A stretch of 17,760 nt of DNA from a bacterium (GTDB lineage Bacteria > Babelota > Babeliae > Babelales > JAUWHS01). This document shows positions 1 to 6,981 of the stretch, in pieces. Position 1 is the first letter of the stretch. Each line of letters starts with the position of its first letter. The stretch is taken from positions 1 to 17,760 of the forward strand of contig JBDRFY010000037.1 of NCBI GenBank assembly GCA_043818275.1. Direction: 5' to 3'. Under the pieces are notes generated by a model that worked only from the letters and a program-made list of their open reading frames with translations, did no database searches and was not told the origin of the DNA. Position numbers and translations under genes: made by a program.

Positions 1-4
1 TTTA

Positions 5-264
5 ATAATTACATTGACAAGCCCTGAAAGGGCGGCTTTTGTTAGCCCAGGGTAAGAAAATTTCACTTTTCGCAACCCTGGGCAAAAGATTAAAATGAAA
101 ATTTAGCCCCGTAGGGGCGGCACATAAAAATGATTTTGAAAATTTATGTGCCGCCCCTACGGGGCTAGGTTGGTGGTATTATTTTTACCCAGAGCTGCAA
201 CGCTTTGCGTTTTGCACTGGGCTACTAAAAGCCACCCATTTCATGGGCTTGTCAATGTAATTAT
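5..264. repeat. Nested palindromic REP/REPIN- or MITE-like element
   Basis: Perfect 20-bp outer inverted repeat ATAATTACATTGACAAGCCC (5-24 / 245-264), extending imperfectly inward (to ~50 / ~217). Perfect 25-bp central inverted repeat TAGCCCCGTAGGGGCGGCACATAAA (104-128 / 143-167). Sub-hairpins GCCCTGAAAGGGC (21-33) and GCCCAGGGT/ACCCTGGGC (45-53 / 75-83). GC-rich against an AT-rich background, with no coding ORF. Confidence 0.85.
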
Positions 265-313
265 AAACTTAACGTACAAATGCAAACGTTAAAATTTAAA
301 AACACTTCGGACA

Positions 314-337
314 GTTATGAACTTGATTCAGGATCTC
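314..337. repeat. Partial copy of a TGAACTTGATTCAGGATCT-type REP-like palindrome
   Basis: TGAA-CTTGA-TTCA hairpin core (318-330) followed by GGATCT. It resembles, from memory, a widespread intergenic repeat GTCATCCTGAACTTGATTCAGGATCT. Only one copy in the window. Confidence 0.4.
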
Positions 338-341
338 GCAT

Positions 342-1328
342 TTACAGAAACAAATTAATTAAAAGATAAAGAGTGATGACTGATGAAATTGCGCCCAAAA
401 TCATTTTAAAAGTAGTTTTTGGTTTGTTCATAAAAAAGTATACAGCAGCACTTAAAGCGACAAGAATGTAAAGACCTGAAATAATAAAAGGTGTGAAAAA
501 TGATTGCAGAAAATATACGCATACTGCCAGAAGAGCAAAACCAAATATTTTTTTAATTTCAATCATCCAGACACCAGCCTTTGGTGTAATTGCGGATGTT
601 GAAAATGTTCCAATTAAAATTAATAAAATTCCCATTCCTAAAGAAAATGAAAAAAGGGTAATTAAGCCTAAAAAAGGATTTGCCAATTTTGCGACAAAAC
701 CAAGAAGAAGTGCAAGCGCTGGGGTTAAACATGGAGATGCAACAGTTCCTGAAATAAGGCCAAAAACAAAGCTGTAAATAATAGATCCGTGTGGGCTTAC
801 AGTTTTTCCACTTTTTAAAAATTTTGGAATATAAATTTCATAAAAACCAAACATAGAAAAAGCAAAGTACAAAAATAATAAAATGAATAAAAATATTAAA
901 TATGGATTGGAAAGCCACTGACCAAACATCATTGTTGTTGTGGCGGCTAGATAACCAAGAACAGAATAAATTGTTGCTATTCCTAAAACATATGATGATG
1001 CTGTTAATAAGTTACGCCAGACAGAAGCAGAAGCTTGTGATTGCAATACTCCGATTGTTATTGGAATCATTGGATAAATGCAGGGCGTTAAACTTGCAAG
1101 AATTCCAGTGAGAAATGCAATTAAAAGAATCCAGATAAATGAGCTGTCCGTAGAAAGAGTATCCTTTAATGAAAACCAGGATGCCTTTTGAACTGTTGTT
1201 GTCTTTTTAACAGAGATTTCCTTTTGATTTTGGCTTTTTGTTATTTTTGCTGTGGTAATTTGATAGGATGCAAAACTGAGAGTTAGAAGGAAAAGTGTAA
1301 GAAAACTGAGTTTTTTTGTTTTTGTCAT
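342..1328 (-). CDS. DsbD/CcdA-family transmembrane thiol-disulfide electron transporter (DsbD-beta domain only)
   Basis: Two conserved Cys motifs, LASLTPCIYPMIP and VASPCLTPAL; many TM helices; PKAGVWM..IK..FGF motif typical of DsbD-beta. Signal-like N-terminus, but no Ig-like alpha domain and no C-terminal thioredoxin gamma domain. Confidence 0.9.
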   Translation of the reverse strand: MTKTKKLSFLTLFLLTLSFASYQITTAKITKSQNQKEISVKKTTTVQKASWFSLKDTLSTDSSFIWILLIAFLTGILASLTPCIYPMIPITIGVLQSQASASVWRNLLTASSYVLGIATIYSVLGYLAATTTMMFGQWLSNPYLIFLFILLFLYFAFSMFGFYEIYIPKFLKSGKTVSPHGSIIYSFVFGLISGTVASPCLTPALALLLGFVAKLANPFLGLITLFSFSLGMGILLILIGTFSTSAITPKAGVWMIEIKKIFGFALLAVCVYFLQSFFTPFIISGLYILVALSAAVYFFMNKPKTTFKMILGAISSVITLYLLINLFL

Positions 1329-1402
1329 TATAAGAAACCCTTCAAAAAAATGGTTAAAAAAGATTTGAGTAAAACTTTAATTTATTAGAAAAGGAGATTT
1401 TA

Positions 1403-1951
1403 ATGAAGAAAAAAAATATTGCAATCATTTTAGTTGGTTTTTTTGTGGTTAATTGTTCTGCGCTAATTTTGCAATGTGATGCTTTTAAAGATAAAGAAAA
1501 TATTCCTGTTCAATTTACTTGTGATGGGCAAAACATATCTCCACAACTTTCATGGTCAGATGTTCCAGATAAAACTAAAAGTTTTGCGATAATTTGTGAT
1601 GATCCGGATGCTCCGATGGATAGACCATTTGTTCATTGGGTAATTTTTAATATTCGGGGAAACGTTAATGAATTACCTGAAAATGTTATAGCTAAAAATT
1701 TTTTCACTAAAAAAAGCAAGAATGGTTCTTTGCGTTTAACAAAGCAAGGTACAAATGATTTTGGAAAAATTGGATATGGTGGTGCATGTCCTCCGAAAGG
1801 GGCTGGCAGTCACAGATATGTATTTACTCTTTATGCTTTGGATACAGTTTTAAATTTAAACGCGGGTATTAATAAAAGTGATCTTTTAAAAGCGATACAA
1901 AATCATATTTTAGCTGAAACAAAGCTGACAGGTCTTTTTGAACGCAAGTAA
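1403..1951 (+). CDS. YbhB/YbcL family PEBP (Raf kinase inhibitor-like) protein with signal peptide
   Basis: Motifs FTCDGQNISPQLSW, DDPDAP..FVHWV, GTNDFG..GYGGACPP, HRYVFTLYALD; RBS AGGAG upstream; positively charged/hydrophobic N-terminus. Confidence 0.93.
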   Translation: MKKKNIAIILVGFFVVNCSALILQCDAFKDKENIPVQFTCDGQNISPQLSWSDVPDKTKSFAIICDDPDAPMDRPFVHWVIFNIRGNVNELPENVIAKNFFTKKSKNGSLRLTKQGTNDFGKIGYGGACPPKGAGSHRYVFTLYALDTVLNLNAGINKSDLLKAIQNHILAETKLTGLFERK

Positions 1952-1959
1952 TAAGGTTC

Positions 1960-1988
1960 TTGCAAATTCAAAAATCTGAGTGTAGATT
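1960..1988 (+). promoter_or_regulatory. Possible sigma70 promoter upstream of the repeat and the trxB fusion
   Basis: TTGCAA (1960-1965), 17-bp spacer, TAGATT (1983-1988). Chance matches are likely in AT-rich DNA. Confidence 0.3.
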
Positions 1989-2055
1989 CAAATTCTTTTC
2001 GGTGCGAGTAGTTTTGTTTAAATAAGGAAATTATAAGTTTAATCAACGATCATTC

Positions 2056-2358
2056 TTTTATACCCACACCGCTCGCCCTGAGCGTAGTCGAAGGGTTACG
2101 AGTGATAAAAACGGATGAAAAATTATTGTTTTTGTATAAAAATGTAGGCAATAAAAATTTACAATTAAATAAAAATATTGCCAAATTAAACATTTGATTA
2201 AACCCTTCGACTTCGCTTAGGGCGAGCGGAGTCGAGTATTTTCTTTCCCTTCTTCGTGTAAAACTTCGCAGGGTACTTCGAAGCCTTGGCGCAGGATGCA
2301 GGAGTATGTTTACCATGAGTTAATCGAAGGGCTCAGGGCGAGCGGTGTGGGTATAAAA
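2056..2358. repeat. Composite palindromic REP/MITE-like element (CCTTCGAC/CTCAGGGCGAGCGG family)
   Basis: Perfect 28-bp terminal inverted repeat TTTTATACCCACACCGCTCGCCCTGAGC (2056-2083 / 2331-2358). An internal inverted copy (2201-2229) matches 2069-2097 at 27/29. A different GC-rich CTTCG-containing unit lies at ~2247-2299. Confidence 0.85.
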
Positions 2359-2416
2359 TTTGAGAATATGATAAAAATAATTTCCAGATTCATTTTTTTA
2401 TTTAGAGGATAACCCA

Positions 2417-3952
2417 ATGATTGTTAGGCGTTTTTATTTTCTTTTGATTTTGGCTTTTTTAGCCGGATGTCTAAATTTTTCAGATATTGGAACAAGAGTA
2501 TTTTCAGATTTTAATTTAGAACACGTTGAATGGAATAAAAATACTTATCCAGTTGTTATTCTTGGCGGCGGAATTGGAGGGTTAACTGCTGGAATATACA
2601 TGGCTCAGTCAAATATAAAAACATTAATTTTAGAAGGTGATAAACCTGGCGGAGCTCTTGCACAATCGCATTCAGTTAGAAATTGGCCCGGAAAAATTGA
2701 TGAATCTGGGGCCGAAATTATTGAAGAGATTAAAAATCATGCAATTAAAAGTGGGGCAAAAGTTGTTGCGCAAAAAGCTGTAAGCGTAAATTTTAATGTT
2801 TGGCCATATGAAATTGAAACTCAGGATATTGCAACGGGAAATACAGAAATAATAAAAGCTTTAACTTGTATTATTGCAATGGGAGCGACTCCTAATTATT
2901 TAAATGTTGAAGGAGAACAAAAATATTGGGGCAAAGGTGTAACTAATTGCGCAATTTGCGATGGAAGTCTTTATAAAGATAAAATAGTTGGTGTTGTTGG
3001 TGGTGGAGATGCTGCAATTGAAGAGGCCAGTTATTTATCTAGTTTAGCAAAAAAAGTTTATATTTTTGTACGTAGAGATGAATTTAGAGCAATGGGAAAA
3101 GTTAAAGATGAAGTTATTGCTAGATCAAATGTTGAAGTAATTTTTAATACAAAAATTTCTAAGATTGAGGGGAATAGTAAAAAGTTAACACATGTAATTT
3201 TGCATGATTCAAATACAGGTAATGAAAAAGAATTTAAATTGGATGGTTTATTCTTAGCAATTGGTTCAAAACCAAATTCTGAAATTTTAAAAGGCCAAAT
3301 TGATCTTGATTCAAAGGGTTACGTAAAACTTGTTGATGATCAGGAAACTTCAAAAAAGGGAATTTATTCAGTTGGTGATATTTCTGATCCAAAATATAAA
3401 CAAGCAATTTCTTCTGCGGGAGAAGGCTGTGTTGCAGCGTTGCAGGCGCAGGATTTTCTAACCGAAATTGGTTATGATCCGGCCAAACATGAGCCCCTTC
3501 GAGACGAAACCCTTCAGGTTTCTCCTCAGGATGATCGGGAAAAGCCTAAAAAGGAGAAGAAAGAAAAAACCGCAAAAAAAATTGAAAAGACAGTAAAAAA
3601 AGAAGTTATATCAAAAGACGTAATTGAGATAACAAGTGACGATCAATTTAAAAAAGAGGTTTTGCAAAGTGATGTTCCTGTTGTCGTTGATTTTTTTGCA
3701 ACTTGGTGTATGCCTTGCCAAATGATGACGCCAGTTATGAAAAAAGCAGCTAAGGATTTTGATGGAAGTGTTAAATTTGTAAAGGTAAATATTCAGGGTA
3801 AAGCTGGTTCACTTGCAAATAAATATGGCGTTCAAGGGGTTCCAACATTTGTGTTTATGGAAAAAGGCGAAGAGATTGATAGAATTGTCGGTGGAAGGCA
3901 AGAAGATCAGTTCGTAAAATCTATTAAAACAAGTTTTGGTATTGAAAAGTAG
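2417..3952 (+). CDS. trxB: Thioredoxin-disulfide reductase fused to a C-terminal thioredoxin (NTRC-like architecture), with N-terminal lipoprotein signal peptide
   Basis: FAD motif ILGGGIGGLTAG; CAIC redox centre (2948-2959); NADPH motifs VVGGGDAAIEEA and VRRDEFRA; TSKKGIYSVGD; Lys/Glu-rich linker; Trx domain VVVDFFATWCMPC (WCMPC 3704-3718) and GVPTF. RBS GAGGA at 2405-2409; lipobox LAGC at residues 15-18. Confidence 0.95.
   Translation: MIVRRFYFLLILAFLAGCLNFSDIGTRVFSDFNLEHVEWNKNTYPVVILGGGIGGLTAGIYMAQSNIKTLILEGDKPGGALAQSHSVRNWPGKIDESGAEIIEEIKNHAIKSGAKVVAQKAVSVNFNVWPYEIETQDIATGNTEIIKALTCIIAMGATPNYLNVEGEQKYWGKGVTNCAICDGSLYKDKIVGVVGGGDAAIEEASYLSSLAKKVYIFVRRDEFRAMGKVKDEVIARSNVEVIFNTKISKIEGNSKKLTHVILHDSNTGNEKEFKLDGLFLAIGSKPNSEILKGQIDLDSKGYVKLVDDQETSKKGIYSVGDISDPKYKQAISSAGEGCVAALQAQDFLTEIGYDPAKHEPLRDETLQVSPQDDREKPKKEKKEKTAKKIEKTVKKEVISKDVIEITSDDQFKKEVLQSDVPVVVDFFATWCMPCQMMTPVMKKAAKDFDGSVKFVKVNIQGKAGSLANKYGVQGVPTFVFMEKGEEIDRIVGGRQEDQFVKSIKTSFGIEK
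3495..3538 (+). repeat. REP-like palindromic unit inserted in-frame in the TrxB-Trx linker
   Basis: CCCTTCGA...CTCAGGATGATCGG ends match the intergenic units (CCCTTCGA at 2203-2210; 11/14 identity to CTCAGGGCGAGCGG at 2332-2345). Internal hairpin GAAACC-CTTCA-GGTTTC. Locally GC-rich. Confidence 0.65.
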
Positions 3953-3958
3953 AAAAGT

Positions 3959-3991
3959 AAAAGAGGCCCTAATTTAATTCCGGCCTCTTTT
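3959..3991. terminator. Bidirectional intrinsic terminator
   Basis: AAAAGAGGCC (3959-3968) / GGCCTCTTTT (3982-3991) inverted repeat between convergent genes. Confidence 0.8.
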
Positions 3992-4008
3992 GAATTGTTT
4001 TTAAATTT

Positions 4009-4740
4009 TTAGTTGTTTTTGGCTTGAAATAGATTATCAAAAAAACTGTTGTCGTAATAGAATTCAGGCTTTTTAATTAAATAGCGAACAGTAAAAAAAG
4101 TTTCTTTTTTATTAATTTCTGAAACGTTAACTTTAACTTGTTTTCGTTCTACATAACCTTGAACCATATTTGTAAATTGTTCGTTGTGATATGGATTACT
4201 AATAAATCCTAAATAATTTAAAGCATCAGCGCCCATTTGCGTTAAAGCTGATGCTGATGTTATAAAAAATGTTGTAATAAACATACACATGCTGATGTCA
4301 GATTGATCTAATGTTTGCGAAAGATAAAATAAAAATATTGATATCGGAATTCCTGCTAATATTGTTTGGTTAATAACCAAATTTAAATTTGCAAGTTTTG
4401 GATTCCAAAATAAAGCTGTTTCATGACCAAATTTAGATAATGTTGTAAGATAAGGATCCCTTAATACATTATAAACATTTTTGTCTTTGTTTGTAATTTG
4501 AATAATTGCAGGAAAAAACGTGTTATAAAATTTTTGAATTTTTTCTCGAGTTGATTCTTCTTTATAATTCCTGTCAAGATAAGTATTTTCAAAATCTCTA
4601 AGAGCATCAAGATCTTTTGGTATTGTGATTTTGTATGAGATGTTGTCTTTTTCAAATTCATAAACAAAATTTTCAGCGTTTAAATTCAAAGAAAAAATGC
4701 AAACTAAAAATACGAAAAAAAGACTTTTACTAAACTTCAT
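4009..4740 (-). CDS. Hypothetical exported/membrane protein
   Basis: 243-aa ORF with Sec signal (MKFSKSLFFVFLVCIFSLNLNA), two central hydrophobic segments and RBS GGAG upstream. No recognisable family. Confidence 0.8.
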   Translation of the reverse strand: MKFSKSLFFVFLVCIFSLNLNAENFVYEFEKDNISYKITIPKDLDALRDFENTYLDRNYKEESTREKIQKFYNTFFPAIIQITNKDKNVYNVLRDPYLTTLSKFGHETALFWNPKLANLNLVINQTILAGIPISIFLFYLSQTLDQSDISMCMFITTFFITSASALTQMGADALNYLGFISNPYHNEQFTNMVQGYVERKQVKVNVSEINKKETFFTVRYLIKKPEFYYDNSFFDNLFQAKNN

Positions 4741-4828
4741 TACTTACTCTCCTGACGTTTTTAAAATTTATAAATTTCAAATTCAAAAACATGTTGGAAA
4801 ATATAAATGAATTTTAAAAAAGTACAAC

Positions 4829-4865
4829 AAAAAAAATAATCGGCCAACAAAAATTTTGTTGGCCG
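4829..4865 (-). terminator. Intrinsic terminator after the 381-aa gene
   Basis: CGGCCAACAAA/TTTGTTGGCCG hairpin (4841-4865), followed after a few nt by a T-run on the minus strand. Confidence 0.7.
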
Positions 4866-4887
4866 TCTGTATGAAATTTATTTAAAT

Positions 4888-6033
4888 TTATCCGACAATT
4901 ATTGCAGTTAAAATAGGACCAACTATTCCGGTGATAATTACCGGTACTGTCGATCCAGCTACAGCTAAAAATGCAAGAGTAATTTTTCCTGCAAGTTTTA
5001 ATTTGGGATTTAACCCAGCATATTCGTCTTCTTTTTCCAGTTGTTTTATTTGCATCATAAGTTTTAGCATTTCAAGTTGTTCTGATTGATTTTGATTTTG
5101 TGGATGTATTTTTCCCTGCAATAAATTCATTTGTTCAATAGTTAATTGTTCTTCAAGAGGTCTTGTTAAGTCTACTTTAATTACATTTTTATTTTCAACT
5201 TCTGAACCAGATTCATTTTCAAGATCGCCATTTGATGATTCGCATGAAGAAATGGATCCACAATCAATACTAGATATTGAATCTGTTTCGCTTGCATCAT
5301 CATCATCATCTAGTTCATGTATTCCTGCATAAAAACTTGAACTTGCAAATATTTGTGGCGGCGCAGGGGTTTGATAACCATTTATTTGATCGGAAATTAT
5401 ATCTTCAAGGAAATATCCAAAATTTGGATTAGCTTCTGCTTTTTGTGATATTTTCTTTTTTAATTTATAAAGCGCGCCCACTAAAACATGCGCGCCTTTT
5501 CCATAACTGATCAAAGATATTTTTTCCTTTTGATTTTTGGCTTTTATTTCTAATTCTGTTTTATCAATATTGTTTTCAGATTCTTGTTGTTTTTCGTTTT
5601 CTTCAGTTACTGTTTTTTCTTTGTCAGGATAATCTTTTTTATTTACAATAAAATCGTTATTTTGTGATACCTCGGCGGAAGTTTCTTGAGTGGTTTTGAT
5701 TTCATTTTCTTTTTTGATTTGTATTTCATTTATTGATCTGCTATTTATTTGAATGAAATCATTTACAATTTTTGTTGCTAGTTCATCCGCAAGTTTGTCC
5801 AGATCGCCAACATATGTTGCATATATATTTCGCTCACTTTCAATATTTATTTTTGGAAAAATTTTAAAATTTCTTTTTCCAATTCTTTTTTTTAATCGTT
5901 GATAGGTTTTTTTTAGATCAGAATGCCAGTCGTCTGCTCCTCCTGGACCAACCACAAAGATTGTATGAGCTGTTGTTGAATTAATTTGAAAAATTAAAAA
6001 AAGAACAAGAAATATTTTAATATAAATTTTCAT
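4888..6033 (-). CDS. Hypothetical exported protein; degenerate alpha/beta-hydrolase (DUF676/lipase-like) fold, acidic Ser-rich region, hydrophobic C-terminal tail
   Basis: Signal peptide; HTIFVVGPGG, DLDKLADELATKI and KISLISYGKGAHVL echo the hydrolase strand/elbow motifs; DDDDD/Ser-rich tract; ~30-aa hydrophobic C-terminus. The ORF is solid; the fold call is tentative. Confidence 0.7.
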   Translation of the reverse strand: MKIYIKIFLVLFLIFQINSTTAHTIFVVGPGGADDWHSDLKKTYQRLKKRIGKRNFKIFPKINIESERNIYATYVGDLDKLADELATKIVNDFIQINSRSINEIQIKKENEIKTTQETSAEVSQNNDFIVNKKDYPDKEKTVTEENEKQQESENNIDKTELEIKAKNQKEKISLISYGKGAHVLVGALYKLKKKISQKAEANPNFGYFLEDIISDQINGYQTPAPPQIFASSSFYAGIHELDDDDDASETDSISSIDCGSISSCESSNGDLENESGSEVENKNVIKVDLTRPLEEQLTIEQMNLLQGKIHPQNQNQSEQLEMLKLMMQIKQLEKEDEYAGLNPKLKLAGKITLAFLAVAGSTVPVIITGIVGPILTAIIVG

Positions 6034-6065
6034 AGACTGCTCCCATGAATAAAATTTATCATATT

Positions 6066-6884
6066 TTATTCTTCATTAATTAATTCGATAATTTTTTCAA
6101 CAACTTTTATTGCTAAACTTTGATTATAAGTTCTTTGGAATCTTAGTTTCAATTTATTCCAACCCTTTATATCGTTTTTTATTTCAGAGATATTTATTGG
6201 AGTAACATGTTTTGAATTTATAAATTTTTCTGTTTCATCAGAAACTTTAATTGTTGGAGAGCTTGGACTTGTTTGAAGTATTTCTTCTGAATCACGACCT
6301 AAAAGATTTAAAGAATCTAACGCATCATCAAGATTTTTTTCTTCTGAAAAAACAGTTTCTGTATTTTTAGGGGGTTGTAAATAAATTATTTTTAATAAAT
6401 ATTTGTTTATCTGAGATAGTTTGTTTTTATTTTTTAATTCTTCAATAGTTTTCCGTATAACATTTTCTGCATTGCCAAAAATTATTAAATAAAAAAACTT
6501 TTTTGTTGTAACTATTTTATTTATTTCCTTGTACAAAAGATTCCAATGATTATCTCCTGCAGGAAAAGCAGTAGCTCTGGTGTCGCTTCTTGATCTTGTT
6601 TGTTGTTCTGGTTCTTCATAAATTTGTGAAAAATTGTCATAAGAAATATCAGCAGTCATCTCATTTGTTGTTTCCAGTTTCATTGGATAAGATATATTCT
6701 CTTCTCCAATAAAAATAAATTTTTTTAATTGTTCATATATTTTCAAGTTTAAAGCATGCATACTGTCATTTTTGATTTTTCCTTCGACATAAATTATGTG
6801 ATAATCGGCATTTAAAGAATTAATAGCTGCGAAAAACAAAAGAAAAACAAAAGATTTGAATAAAATAGATCGATTTTTTTTCAT
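6066..6884 (-). CDS. Hypothetical exported protein, probable divergent paralog of 4888-6033
   Basis: Signal peptide ending INSLNA; shared motifs HIIYVEG...H...KIYEQLKK and LIIFG...LK.K..SQ...LLKII; purine-rich RBS upstream. Confidence 0.75.
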   Translation of the reverse strand: MKKNRSILFKSFVFLLFFAAINSLNADYHIIYVEGKIKNDSMHALNLKIYEQLKKFIFIGEENISYPMKLETTNEMTADISYDNFSQIYEEPEQQTRSRSDTRATAFPAGDNHWNLLYKEINKIVTTKKFFYLIIFGNAENVIRKTIEELKNKNKLSQINKYLLKIIYLQPPKNTETVFSEEKNLDDALDSLNLLGRDSEEILQTSPSSPTIKVSDETEKFINSKHVTPINISEIKNDIKGWNKLKLRFQRTYNQSLAIKVVEKIIELINEE

Positions 6885-6981
6885 ATCCCTTCCCCCTTGA
6901 AAAAAAATAATAATTTAAATCTTATTTACGTTAGCAGGAAGTCTTTCCGAAAGGCAATAAATATGATTTTTGTGGCAAAAA

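Noticed and set aside
493..1111. ORFs 493-777 and 902-1111 (+)
   Set aside because: Antisense shadows of the dsbD-like gene, with no recognisable motifs.
2050..2316. 88-aa ORF (-)
   Set aside because: Lies within the palindromic repeat; PLALSEVEG and NPSTTLRASG are just translations of the repeat arms.
2056..2358. Possible CRISPR array from three similar ~29-bp units
   Set aside because: Units are in mixed orientation with irregular ~100-bp spacing, and there are no cas genes in the window.
4461..4667. 68-aa ORF (-)
   Set aside because: Alternative frame inside the 243-aa gene.
5290..5350. FFAT-like motif (SSSFYAGIHE) in the 381-aa protein
   Set aside because: Poor match to EFFDAxE, and the acidic tract is downstream instead of upstream.
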